Part shown: in pieces, positions 31,007 through 40,160 of the stretch
Position numbering within the stretch: position 1 is the first letter of the stretch
Layout of the letters: every line of letters begins with the position of its first letter
DNA from: Phycisphaerae bacterium
Lineage (GTDB): Bacteria; Planctomycetota; Phycisphaerae; UBA1845; Fen-1342
NCBI GenBank assembly: GCA_050115495.1
Contig: JASFQK010000003.1
Span: 148,259 to 212,258 of the forward strand
Length of the DNA: 64,000 nt
Direction: 5' to 3'
Program-made: the position numbers and the translations under genes
Notes under the pieces: generated by a model
Database searches by the model: none
What the model saw: the letters and a program-made list of their open reading frames with translations, nothing else
What the model was told of the DNA's origin: nothing

Positions 31007-31038
31007 ACGCGGCGGCGGCGTGCGGACGTCGCGAGCGG

Positions 31039-32220
31039 CTACGGTGAGCATGGAGCGTCGCGGGCCGGGTCGAACCAGTAGCGGAAGGCGGCGTCAAGAT
31101 CAGCAAGGTGCTTCCGCATTGCTTGCCGTGTGGACTCGTCGGCGGCGCCGAAGACCTGCTCGGCGAGGGGTGGTAGGGCAAACAGGCGCATGGCGAACTC
31201 AGCGTAGCGGACGGCTTCGAGTGCTCCCGGCCAGGGGGGCTCTTCGCCGGCCGGCGCGCTCAACTCGCGAAAGTAACCGTCGGGGGAAGTCTCGCGGGCC
31301 TTCGTGACGTATTCGTTCAGGTACAGATAGTGGGGGAGCAGTCCGCGGGCCAGGTCCGAATCGTTGCTTATCAGGCGCAAGAGCTGGCTGAGCCGGAAGG
31401 CCGTCATGACGTCGTGCAACTGGGCGACGGTTTCGGCGGCGATTCCGTGAAAGCCGTACTCGGCTTCGATTGCACTGTCGCGGAAGGTGAGGGATAGACT
31501 CGCTTCGCGGCCGGCGAGGCCGGCGGCCACACAGTCCCACTCGTCAATCATCCTGCCCCAGTGCTGAGCGCTGCGCTCGGAGGCGAAGAGGGTCACACGC
31601 CACACATGCGGGAGGCCCGTGATTACGTCATTCATGGCGTCGCGCGCGATCTCGTCGAGCGGATCGGGACCTTTCGCGAAACTGGCGCTCTCCGCGTCGT
31701 GCTTCAGACCGGCCGCGAAACGGGTACTCTCCGCGTCGTGCTTCAGCTCGGCCGCGGCGCGGCGAAGCAACTCAACTTGTGCATCGGACGGCGGCGACGT
31801 GCGCAGGGCCACCCATGCCAGCGTCGAACCGATCGAACGGACACCATGAAACAGGACTTCGTCCGGGACCATGCGGCCCGCAAGACTCACATCCGACAGC
31901 CGGTCGTGAAGGATGTGGGGCAGGTGTCGCCAGAGAACGAGGCCGGGGAGGGCGACGCCGCGCATGGCGTCGGTGACGGCGGGCGGTTTGCTGACCGCGT
32001 CGGCGAGGGCAAAGAACTCATCACGGTCACGCTGATCGAGCGCAAGTGCCGTCGCCAGCCGGGTTACGGTGTCCCATGTCGGACGGGCCTCGCCGCGCTC
32101 AATGGTCGCGACGTGGTTCGTGGCTATGCCCGCGGCCCGGGCCAGCGACGCGGCGGACCGGAAGCCGTGCGCCTTTCGTTTGTCCCGGAGCCAGACGCCG
32201 AGTGCCTTGCTCGCCTTCAT
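31039..32220 (-). CDS. XRE-family HTH repressor with long C-terminal domain
   Basis: LRDKRKAHGFRSAASLARAAGIATNHVATIERGEARPTWDTVTRLATAL; divergent from the cro-like gene. Confidence 0.85.
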   Translation of the reverse strand: MKASKALGVWLRDKRKAHGFRSAASLARAAGIATNHVATIERGEARPTWDTVTRLATALALDQRDRDEFFALADAVSKPPAVTDAMRGVALPGLVLWRHLPHILHDRLSDVSLAGRMVPDEVLFHGVRSIGSTLAWVALRTSPPSDAQVELLRRAAAELKHDAESTRFAAGLKHDAESASFAKGPDPLDEIARDAMNDVITGLPHVWRVTLFASERSAQHWGRMIDEWDCVAAGLAGREASLSLTFRDSAIEAEYGFHGIAAETVAQLHDVMTAFRLSQLLRLISNDSDLARGLLPHYLYLNEYVTKARETSPDGYFRELSAPAGEEPPWPGALEAVRYAEFAMRLFALPPLAEQVFGAADESTRQAMRKHLADLDAAFRYWFDPARDAPCSP

Positions 32221-32251
32221 CACCAGCAAGCATAGCGAACGGCCGCAACAA

Positions 32252-32325
32252 TTGCACCGATAACGACTTCCGAAAATTGTCTGAATCACCGTTGACAGCG
32301 GTGCAAATGAACGTTAGAAACGGTG
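32252..32325 (+). promoter_or_regulatory. Early promoter with overlapping operator-like palindromes
   Basis: TTGACA 32292-32297, 17 bp, TAGAAA 32315-32320; CACCG-N7-CGGTG 32287-32303; GAACG-N7-CGGTG 32309-32325; TTGCACCG 32252-32259. Confidence 0.65.
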
Positions 32326-32340
32326 AACATGAAGGGAAAC

Positions 32341-32598
32341 ATGGTAAAACTTGACGCCGGAAGGCTGAACCGGGCTCGGTTACGCCGCGGGTGGACGTGG
32401 GCAGACGTGGCCGCCGCAACGGGGCTAGCGAGTCGGACAAGGACAAAGCTGGCGAATGGTGAGCCCGTGACGATCACGGTGGCGCGGCGGGCGTGTGCGG
32501 CGTTGCGCATATCGCTTGCGGCAGCGCTGATTCTTGATGACCCCGTGTCAGTGGAGGCGCCGGCCGAGCTGCCAGTTGGACAGAGCGCGGTGGCATAG
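32341..32598 (+). CDS. Cro/Ner-like small HTH protein
   Basis: RLNRARLRRGWTWADVAAATGLASRT...ARRACAAL; first gene of the rightward operon. Confidence 0.8.
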   Translation: MVKLDAGRLNRARLRRGWTWADVAAATGLASRTRTKLANGEPVTITVARRACAALRISLAAALILDDPVSVEAPAELPVGQSAVA

Positions 32599-32727
32599 CC
32601 CGCTTATGGCGTGACGAGATGACGCACAACCTCAGACATAACGAACGGCTCTCGTCACGCGGCCGGCCGGCCGGCGCTACGGCGCCGCCGGCCGTGCCCT
32701 TTGTGTGTTGTGATTGTGGGTGAGCAG

Positions 32728-33168
32728 ATGACGGAGTCCGTCTCAAAACTCGGTGGCGGCGGGCTGTCGGCGGAGGCGACCCAGGCCTTAATCGAGGAGG
32801 GTATAGCAGCCGCCGCCGAATGCATGGCGGGGCTCGTCGCCGGGCCGCGGTGGTTCGTTGGGCTTCTGGGCGCGGCAGCACGCTTCGCCGCCGTGACGCC
32901 GCTCGGCGAGATTCTGTCCACAGACCTTGACCGGGTGTGTGAGGAAGCCCCCGACGCCTGGAACGTCGTGGGTGAGTTGCGCGCGCTCAGAGCGCGGCTC
33001 GACAGCCTACTCGGGCTCCTGCCGGCCTTCGGCGAGATGGCGTTGCGCGTGGGTGGTTTGGGCGGGGTGCCAGACAAGGCGGCGCTCGATCTCTGCTCGG
33101 CCTTCGCCCATATGGCACAAGGCGTTCTCCGGCGGTGGCTGGCGGAGCTGGAGGCGGCCGAGCAATGA
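32728..33168 (+). CDS. Hypothetical protein
   Basis: Stop overlaps the transposase ATG (ATGA). Confidence 0.55.
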   Translation: MTESVSKLGGGGLSAEATQALIEEGIAAAAECMAGLVAGPRWFVGLLGAAARFAAVTPLGEILSTDLDRVCEEAPDAWNVVGELRALRARLDSLLGLLPAFGEMALRVGGLGGVPDKAALDLCSAFAHMAQGVLRRWLAELEAAEQ

Positions 33169-35711
33169 GCGCGGGCCTGCGACTGGCGCCGGGCGAGTAC
33201 GTCACCGAAGACGGTGAGGTTATTCAGCGCCAGCCGCGCGCGGGGTTGGGGGCGGGGCGGGTGCCGTTCGAGCTGTGCCGCGGGGCGTGGCCGTGCACCG
33301 ATGTGGGCCGGCAGCAGCGGCGGCGCTTCTGGATGGGCTTGTCCGAAACGCTGCGGGAAGAGGGGCCCGACGGCGAGAAGTACATCGACGCCAGCGTTAC
33401 GCTGCCCGGCGGTGACAAGGCGGGGAAGTTCGTCCAATTGGAGTGGGGCTACAAGCCGCCGGCAGGGTGGCGGACCTGGACGGCGCAGCAACGGCGCGAC
33501 TGGGAACGGAAGGTCGCGGTGTTGGTGCGTGTGGAGCAATTCTTCCTCGCTCGCCCGCACCTGCTGCGGTCCAAACCGTCCAGCTACCGGGAGTTCAATC
33601 GTGCCAATGTCGAATGGCTGGCCGAGATGGGACGGGAGTATCAGCCGTGCGGCCGGCCGCTGCGCGTCAGCAAGACGACGTTGAACGCGTATGCACGAAC
33701 AATCAACGATCCGGATAAGGCCGCACCCAAGCGCGGCCGGCCGAAGGGGAGCGGCGCGAAGGAATGGCACCCGCGGGCGCTTGAGCTGTTCGACACGCTC
33801 TACCGCGGGCACCGCGACGCGAGCGACGTACTGCGGAAGATCCAGGCCTACGCATGGAAAGAGGGCTTCGAGGCGCCGACGCCGGCTATGGTCTACAAGC
33901 GCATTCGGGAGATGACGCAGGCGGAGCGGGTCTTTCGACGGTCCGGGATGCGCGGCGTGAAAGAGCAGTGCGTTCCGAAGATGCGACGGACGCGAGCGGA
34001 ACTGAAGGGATGGTCGTTCGGTGATGGACATACGATAGCCGGGTTCATCAGGGTGCCTGACGGACACGGCGGTTTGAAGGCAGTGCGTCCGACGGTTGCC
34101 GGCGTCTATGTGGCATTTGCCCAGAAGTTCTCGGAGGCGCGCGCTGGGTTGTCCGAGAGCGCGGAACTGATGGCGGCGGCGTGGCGAGGGGCGGTCCTCG
34201 AAGATGGGCCGCCGGCGGTCGCGCAGTTTGACAACACACACGCCATGGACGGGCTTACGGGCTCGCCGTATCGCAAGCAGCCGGGGCGGCGGGCCAAGTA
34301 CGCCAGCGGGGGCCTGGGCGGTTTCTTCTCACTCTTCGGTACGCAGGTGCACAAGAGCAAGCCCGGAGAGAAGCACACGAACGCAGTTGAGAGCGGCTGG
34401 CGGTATTTGATCCGCGCGGTTGAGAAGTGGATGAACTCATACTGCGGGTCGCATCCGAAGGACAAGCCGGAAGGGCTGGACCGCTGGCTACGAGACAACA
34501 TCGACAAGCTCCCGACGCTGGAAGACCTGAACGTGTTCTTGCGAGAATTCAAGGCTGCGCACAACGCAACGCCGCGGCGGGCGCTGGGGGGCTTGACACC
34601 CAACCTGTTCATGGAGCGGTACGGTCCTACGCGGCGGATCATCGACCCCGACACGATCGACATTTACCTGTGCCCGATTGTGGCGGAACGGACGCTGGGG
34701 CGGGACGGCGTTTCGCTCAACGACATCCTGTACACGCCGGGGCCCAGCGTACTGCTGCGGTGGCAGGGCAAGCGTGTCGGTGTGCGACGAGACCCGGACC
34801 GGCTGGACCGTGTCACGCTCTGCGACGCAGACGGCGTCGCGATCGGGCGAGCGTACAACGACAAGCTGCGCGGGGCGCGTGCCCAGTCTATGAAGGTGGC
34901 AGAGCGTCGGGCACGACAGTACAAGGCCGCGCTGCGCACGATGATCGACACGCGGGATACGCGCTTCATGCCGAAGACCTTCGAGATTCTGCGCGTTGAG
35001 CGAGAGTACCGCGAGGCCGAAGAGGGGCGGCTGCGGAAGCAACTCGCCGACGATCCCAAGCGGGAGACGACGATCATCCGGCCGGACCTGGCCGCGTCCG
35101 CGGCTGAATGCAAGGAAGCGGACGCGCGGAGAGATGCGCAGCACGAACGACAGAAGGCGCGCAAGGCCGTCGGCGATGCTGCGGAAAGGGCGGGGTACTC
35201 GCAGGACGAACTCCTGTCGGGACTGGGCAGGTCGGCGATGCTGACGGGCGGCATGTCCGACGAGCTGCGAGCGAGGATTCGTCGCAGCATCAACATGATG
35301 GATGACTGCGACAACGAGTGTGAGGCCCGGGCGGAAGCTCAGGAGCCGGGGGACCGGCGCCGCATGGTGATGGAGCAGCTCGCGGCACGGGCTCGATACG
35401 ATGAAGAGGCCGAACGCAACACGCCGCGCCGGGAGAGCATCGGAGAGCGGTTCGCGAAGATGTACAGGGAAGCAGAGGGCGGAGGGCAGGGGGGACCAGG
35501 TGGGGACATGAGCGGCTTCGACATGCTGGCCCGCGGGCCGGCGGCGGACGCGGACGACGACGACGAGCTGGACCCCGTCGCGTTGCGCATGGAGTACTTC
35601 GGGAGTGAGATCCCGCGGCCGCCATCGGAAGAGCCCAACCCGTGGGACGAGTTTGTAGTGGGCGAAGACGAAGACGGCGACGCTGAGCAGGGGGACGACG
35701 ATGCGGCGTAG
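33165..35711 (+). CDS. Mu-type DDE transposase (MuA-like)
   Basis: SFGDGHT (D), AQFDNTH (D), NAVESGW (E), HNATPRRALGGLTPN, RTLGRDGVSLNDILY C-terminal domain; HTH region VSKTTLNAY...EAPTPAMVYKRI. Confidence 0.9.
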   Translation: MSAGLRLAPGEYVTEDGEVIQRQPRAGLGAGRVPFELCRGAWPCTDVGRQQRRRFWMGLSETLREEGPDGEKYIDASVTLPGGDKAGKFVQLEWGYKPPAGWRTWTAQQRRDWERKVAVLVRVEQFFLARPHLLRSKPSSYREFNRANVEWLAEMGREYQPCGRPLRVSKTTLNAYARTINDPDKAAPKRGRPKGSGAKEWHPRALELFDTLYRGHRDASDVLRKIQAYAWKEGFEAPTPAMVYKRIREMTQAERVFRRSGMRGVKEQCVPKMRRTRAELKGWSFGDGHTIAGFIRVPDGHGGLKAVRPTVAGVYVAFAQKFSEARAGLSESAELMAAAWRGAVLEDGPPAVAQFDNTHAMDGLTGSPYRKQPGRRAKYASGGLGGFFSLFGTQVHKSKPGEKHTNAVESGWRYLIRAVEKWMNSYCGSHPKDKPEGLDRWLRDNIDKLPTLEDLNVFLREFKAAHNATPRRALGGLTPNLFMERYGPTRRIIDPDTIDIYLCPIVAERTLGRDGVSLNDILYTPGPSVLLRWQGKRVGVRRDPDRLDRVTLCDADGVAIGRAYNDKLRGARAQSMKVAERRARQYKAALRTMIDTRDTRFMPKTFEILRVEREYREAEEGRLRKQLADDPKRETTIIRPDLAASAAECKEADARRDAQHERQKARKAVGDAAERAGYSQDELLSGLGRSAMLTGGMSDELRARIRRSINMMDDCDNECEARAEAQEPGDRRRMVMEQLAARARYDEEAERNTPRRESIGERFAKMYREAEGGGQGGPGGDMSGFDMLARGPAADADDDDELDPVALRMEYFGSEIPRPPSEEPNPWDEFVVGEDEDGDAEQGDDDAA

Positions 35712-35916
35712 CGTGGTCCTGGAACGTCTAGCGGCGGCGCGGGGGAGCGCTCGCGGGGTTGTCGCTCCGCTTCGAGCGAGCCGCGCCGCCGCTGTAATTC
35801 TTGTGTGTGTCGGGCTGTCGGCAGGGACGTCGGCGGCAGTGGCGTATCGCGGGCTGGCCGACAGGGACGTCGGCGGCTCGCTTCCCCCGATGTGCGATGC
35901 GCAGGGGACGCCAGCA

Positions 35917-36930
35917 ATGACGGTAGCAGCGAACACGTTTTCAGCAGCCTTCGAGGAAGCCGCGCGGCGAAACGAAACACGGCAGGCGGTGCGGCTGGTC
36001 CGCGACGGCGAGCCGCTCGCGGACGAGGCGGCGGCGATTGCCGCGGTTCGCAAGCACCTGGACGAGAACGGGGTCGAACCGAAGCGGCTGGCGAAGGCGC
36101 TCGACGTGGCGCCGAGCCTCATTCGGGGGCTGTTCGCAACGCCCGCGACGATTCCCGACGGCCCGCGCCACACGCTGATTCGGGACGCGAGCCGCTGGTG
36201 CCGCGCGGACGCCGAAGAGCGCCGCGTGCGCAAGGCGGCGTTCGTGCCGACGGCGTGCACGCGGCTGGTCGTGGGGCTGGCCCGCGTGGTCCGCGAGACG
36301 CGCACGATCGGGTTGGTGGTGGGCGGGCCGGGGCTCGGCAAGAGCCACGCGCTCGCAGTCGCCGCGGCGGAGTTGCCGGGCGAGACGGTGCTGGTCCGGT
36401 GTGACACGGACAGCCGCTCAGCCAAGGGCATACTCCGGGCCGTCGGCTTCGCCGGGGCGGCGGCGCTGTCGAGCGTGGCCCGGCCTTCGGTCAAGGCCGG
36501 CGTCGAGGCGGTGCGGGCCGGCAACGGACTGGTCGCCGTGGACGAGGCGCAACTTCTCGGCGTGAACGGCCTTGAGGCGCTGCGGGCCGTGTTCGATCAG
36601 GCCGGAGTCGGGCTGCTGCTGGTCGGGACCACGTCGCTGGCGCGGTCGCTGAACGGCGGGGCTGATCCGCTGTGCGGGCCGCTGGTGTCGCGGATCGCTT
36701 TGCGTGTGGACCTGGACGACGAGCTGTTGGGCGGCGGGCGGAACTGGATCGACGCGGCGGCGCTGCTGTTGACGCTGGCGAACGGGGACCCGGCGCACCT
36801 GCGGTGCGCGGTGGACACGGCGAAGGTCGCCCGCGTGCTAGCGCGGAACCGGGACGGACACGACGGCGGCGGGGCGGTTTCGCTGGCGGACGTGCAGGCG
36901 GCGCTACGCATGAGACGGAAGGACGGATGA
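35917..36930 (+). CDS. MuB/TnsC-like AAA+ ATPase
   Basis: N-terminal HTH (KRLAKALDVAPSLI), GPGLGKS Walker A, VAVDEAQ Walker B, LRAVFD, LLLVG, SRI; ORF open from 35701. Confidence 0.88.
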   Translation: MTVAANTFSAAFEEAARRNETRQAVRLVRDGEPLADEAAAIAAVRKHLDENGVEPKRLAKALDVAPSLIRGLFATPATIPDGPRHTLIRDASRWCRADAEERRVRKAAFVPTACTRLVVGLARVVRETRTIGLVVGGPGLGKSHALAVAAAELPGETVLVRCDTDSRSAKGILRAVGFAGAAALSSVARPSVKAGVEAVRAGNGLVAVDEAQLLGVNGLEALRAVFDQAGVGLLLVGTTSLARSLNGGADPLCGPLVSRIALRVDLDDELLGGGRNWIDAAALLLTLANGDPAHLRCAVDTAKVARVLARNRDGHDGGGAVSLADVQAALRMRRKDG

Positions 36931-37538
36931 CGAACGACGAGCTTAACGCGGCTCTTGCGGTGGCTCCCGGCCGGACGGTGTCGTGGGCGGCGGCGGCGCG
37001 GCTGGTGGATGCCCTCGCCCCCGGGCTGACGGCGCTGCGGCGGGACGGCACGACGCGGGCGCTGCGCACGGTGCTGTGTTACTGCGCCGCGGTGGCAGCG
37101 GACCGCCGGCGGCTGGAACAATGGCGAGCGCGGCCGCGTGCGACACGAGGCCGGCGCCCGGGGCGACTGACGATCCCGGCTTTTTTGTACAAGTGGCACC
37201 GCCAGCAGGGCGACCGCGTCTCACGCCGCACGTTCGCGCGATGGATACGCCGCTACCGGCAGACGGGGGCGGCCGGCCTGATTGACGGCCGCGGAGCGTG
37301 GAAGCGGGCGAGCACGCGCGCGGACGTGCAGCTCTTCGCCGAGTTGCTGCGGCGCGTGGCGGCTGGTGCGCCGGTCGCGGTTGCCTGGCGCGAGTTGGCG
37401 CCGGCGGCGAGAGAACAGGGAATCGCCTGGCCGGCGCTGCGCTCGATGCAGGAACGCGTGGCGGCGGTGCGGCCGTTCATCCAGGCGAACGCAGAGCTTC
37501 TGGGCGCGCCGCGGCGGCGACGAGGGGGGCGCAAATGA
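36927..37538 (+). CDS. Stand-alone transposase-type DNA-binding (HTH) protein without catalytic domain
   Basis: VSRRTFARWIRRYRQTGAAGLIDGRG and AWRELAPAAREQGIAWPALRSMQERV; ATGA overlap with the ATPase. Confidence 0.75.
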   Translation: MTNDELNAALAVAPGRTVSWAAAARLVDALAPGLTALRRDGTTRALRTVLCYCAAVAADRRRLEQWRARPRATRGRRPGRLTIPAFLYKWHRQQGDRVSRRTFARWIRRYRQTGAAGLIDGRGAWKRASTRADVQLFAELLRRVAAGAPVAVAWRELAPAAREQGIAWPALRSMQERVAAVRPFIQANAELLGAPRRRRGGRK

Positions 37539-37935
37539 GCTGGCGCTGTGCCACGAGAACGGGCCGCAGACGTGCAGGACTCGGCTCTGCTCGGCGATCG
37601 GTCGCTTGTCAGGGGGGTAAGGCGGGGCGATGCAGCCGCGGGGCTCCTGCGGGCTTGCATCACAAACTGCGAACCGCCCGGACGGTCCGGGTGGCCGCGG
37701 TCGACGGAAATCGACCTTGTCGTTGCCGATCGGATCAGCTCGCCGTTGCGCCGGCGGTGGGACTCGTCCCCCCGCCGGCGGTTTGTCGCGGCCGGCGCCG
37801 GCAGCGGCTCTGCCGACTTGGGATCCATCCGCGGGCGGGCCGCGGGCGTGGCACGTGCACGCCCGCGGTGCCGACCGTCCGCGGCACGGGCGTGGTGGCG
37901 CATTGAGTCGTCGTTAGCGACAGGAGGTCGCACGC

Positions 37936-39255
37936 GTGGCTGAGGAAAAAGAACTGCTCAAGGTTGAGCTGGACGTCGCCGAGGCGCTGGCCCGGGCCGA
38001 GAAGCTCAAGCAGACGCTGGAAGAGCTGGACAAGGTGCGGGCCGCGGGGGGCGATACCACCGGACTGGAGGCGAGACTCAACCAGGAAGTCAACGCATTG
38101 GGGGCGGTGGTCGTACAGCAGAAACAGAACGCAGGTACGACCGAAGAGGTCATTCGCCAGAAAGAGAAGCTCGCGTCGGTGGTCACCATGCTCGGCGGCC
38201 GGTTTGGGGGCTTGGTAGGGCAACTGGCGAGCGTGGGCGAGCTGTTGCTACAGATGGGACCGGCCGTTGGAGTCGTCGCCGGGACCTTGGCAGGGACCAC
38301 GGCAATCGTCGCGGGCTGGCAGGCCGTGAACCGCGAACTCAAGGAAGCCGCCGAGCGTCTGGAGCACTTCCGCAGGGCGAAGGAAGAGGTGGTCAAGGGC
38401 GAGATGTCGCCGTTGAGACAGATCGAAGGCGACCTGCTGAAGATGGGGCTCCTGGAACAGGGCCGCGCCGAGAAAGTGTACGACTACGCGCTGGCCATGA
38501 TGAGCCAGGGTGTGCCGAAGGACCTGGCGCTGTCGATTGCTCCCGAAGCGCACGCGGCGGGATTGCCGTCACAGTCGGCTTCGATACTGGCGATGGCGAA
38601 GGCGGCGGGGGTGGAGATTGCCGATACGCCGCGGGCGATGAAGACGGCGGACGAGCGGATGTCGGCCGAGTCGCGGCTTCTGTTCTCTCAGCAGCTCGTC
38701 GCGATGCGCACCACGCTTACCGGAAGAGACGCAATCGGCGAAGCGGCGAACATGCGGCGGATGAAGGAAGACGACCCCGGGAACTGGCTCGCGTACATGG
38801 GCGGCACTACGGACGTGAGGACGCTTGAATTCGCGAAGCGGATGGGGTTGCTTGATCCGGAAGCGGGACGGCAGGACGTTAGCAAGAAGATGGGCGAACT
38901 CGCGCGTGCGCGCGGGGGGCGAAGGCGGCTACGCAATTACCTGGCCGGCCGGTCGCCAGACGAAGACGGCCCGGCGGACGAGGTGCCTAAGCCGACGCCG
39001 CAATTCGATCGGCAGATCGAAGAGTTGGAAAGAATCGAGAACATCTACAAGGAGATTGGCGCAAACCGGGCCGCAGAGGACGCGTCGGGTCCGGCGCCGG
39101 GATACACGCCGCGGAATGGGACGGTCAACGTGTACAACCTCTACAACACGACGAACCAGGGCGTAGTGCTGAACGCGCCGGACCCGCGGATGCGCACGCC
39201 GGGGGTGTCGTCGCTCAACCCGGGACTGGCCGACGCATTCAGGAACCGGGATTAG
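37936..39255 (+). CDS. Coiled-coil, tape-measure-like protein
   Basis: Helical N-terminus, Gly/Ala-rich hydrophobic stretch, C-terminal TVNVYNLYNTTNQ; AGGAGG RBS; function is inferred. Confidence 0.55.
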   Translation: MAEEKELLKVELDVAEALARAEKLKQTLEELDKVRAAGGDTTGLEARLNQEVNALGAVVVQQKQNAGTTEEVIRQKEKLASVVTMLGGRFGGLVGQLASVGELLLQMGPAVGVVAGTLAGTTAIVAGWQAVNRELKEAAERLEHFRRAKEEVVKGEMSPLRQIEGDLLKMGLLEQGRAEKVYDYALAMMSQGVPKDLALSIAPEAHAAGLPSQSASILAMAKAAGVEIADTPRAMKTADERMSAESRLLFSQQLVAMRTTLTGRDAIGEAANMRRMKEDDPGNWLAYMGGTTDVRTLEFAKRMGLLDPEAGRQDVSKKMGELARARGGRRRLRNYLAGRSPDEDGPADEVPKPTPQFDRQIEELERIENIYKEIGANRAAEDASGPAPGYTPRNGTVNVYNLYNTTNQGVVLNAPDPRMRTPGVSSLNPGLADAFRNRD

Positions 39256-39267
39256 ACGGGAGACCCC

Positions 39268-39708
39268 ATGTCTTTTGAGCTGGTCGAATCTGGCGACTTC
39301 GGCGGCGGCGGTGAGGCCCTGGCCGAGGGGGAATGCAGCCTGAGGAAGGGCGGGAAGCTGGTCGCACACGCCGCGGACCTGGCGCTCGTGAACATCGGCA
39401 ACTATGCCATGGTCATGGCCGATGCCGGGACCCTGCGCATCGCGCTTCGGGCGGTGCGCGATGGCGAGGAAGCGAAGAGTTACGCGTGTTCGGTGGTCCG
39501 AAGAGCCAACAAGACCGATAGCGGCCGGCGCGAAATCAACGTGTTGCGAGCTTTGCACCGGCTGAACCTTACGCCGGAAGCGGTGGTCGGTCGGTACCCG
39601 CTGACCGTGAAGGGCGAGGGCGCCGGCGGGATGCTCATTGTGAATCTGGTCGGCGACGGGGCGAAGGACCCGGAGGGGGAGAAAGACAAGGGGGCGGCGA
39701 AGGCGTGA
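39268..39708 (+). CDS. Hypothetical protein
   Basis: 146 aa, GGGAG RBS, operonic position. Confidence 0.75.
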   Translation: MSFELVESGDFGGGGEALAEGECSLRKGGKLVAHAADLALVNIGNYAMVMADAGTLRIALRAVRDGEEAKSYACSVVRRANKTDSGRREINVLRALHRLNLTPEAVVGRYPLTVKGEGAGGMLIVNLVGDGAKDPEGEKDKGAAKA

Positions 39709-39839
39709 TGTTCGGAAGGGGTGCACATGTCGGATTCGGGCGGGTCGGTGGCGACGGCGCCGCCGCCGGCGGGCCTATGCGGACGAGTGGGTCGCACGGG
39801 CCACCGCTTCGCGCCGCGGGACAGATGGAGGATACGAGC

Positions 39840-40160
39840 ATGTCAGACCACACCCAACAGAGTGCGGGGGAACCGACGAGCTGGCCGCCGCTGGATTCGC
39901 GGGTGGAACTCAGAGTGCGGGGGATGGAACGGGGCGCACGTGCGCACGGCCGGCTGTTGGCGGCGTGCGAGCTGACGTCCGACGATCAGCAGCGGCTACA
40001 TGCCTGGCTATCCGGGCGCGGCGGCCCGGCACAGTTCGGCGCCCTGGTCCGGTTGTTGGGCAGGCTGGACTTCGATGAACGCCGGGACTTGATCGACGGG
40101 CTGCACGAGATCATCGAGGTACCGGCACCGCAGTCGTCGGACGCGAAAGGCGGTGCGTGA
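39840..40160 (+). CDS. Hypothetical protein
   Basis: GGAGGA RBS before ATG 39840; stop overlaps the next start. Confidence 0.6.
   Translation: MSDHTQQSAGEPTSWPPLDSRVELRVRGMERGARAHGRLLAACELTSDDQQRLHAWLSGRGGPAQFGALVRLLGRLDFDERRDLIDGLHEIIEVPAPQSSDAKGGA

Noticed and set aside
33165..37538. Tn7/CAST interpretation (TnsB-TnsC-TniQ)
   Set aside because: No TniQ zinc-finger motif, Cas gene or CRISPR array seen; the phage-type switch and I protease point to the Mu family.
37535..37935. ORFs between the HTH gene and the TMP-like gene
   Set aside because: All frames are Arg/Gly-rich without motifs; left unannotated as possibly regulatory or decayed.
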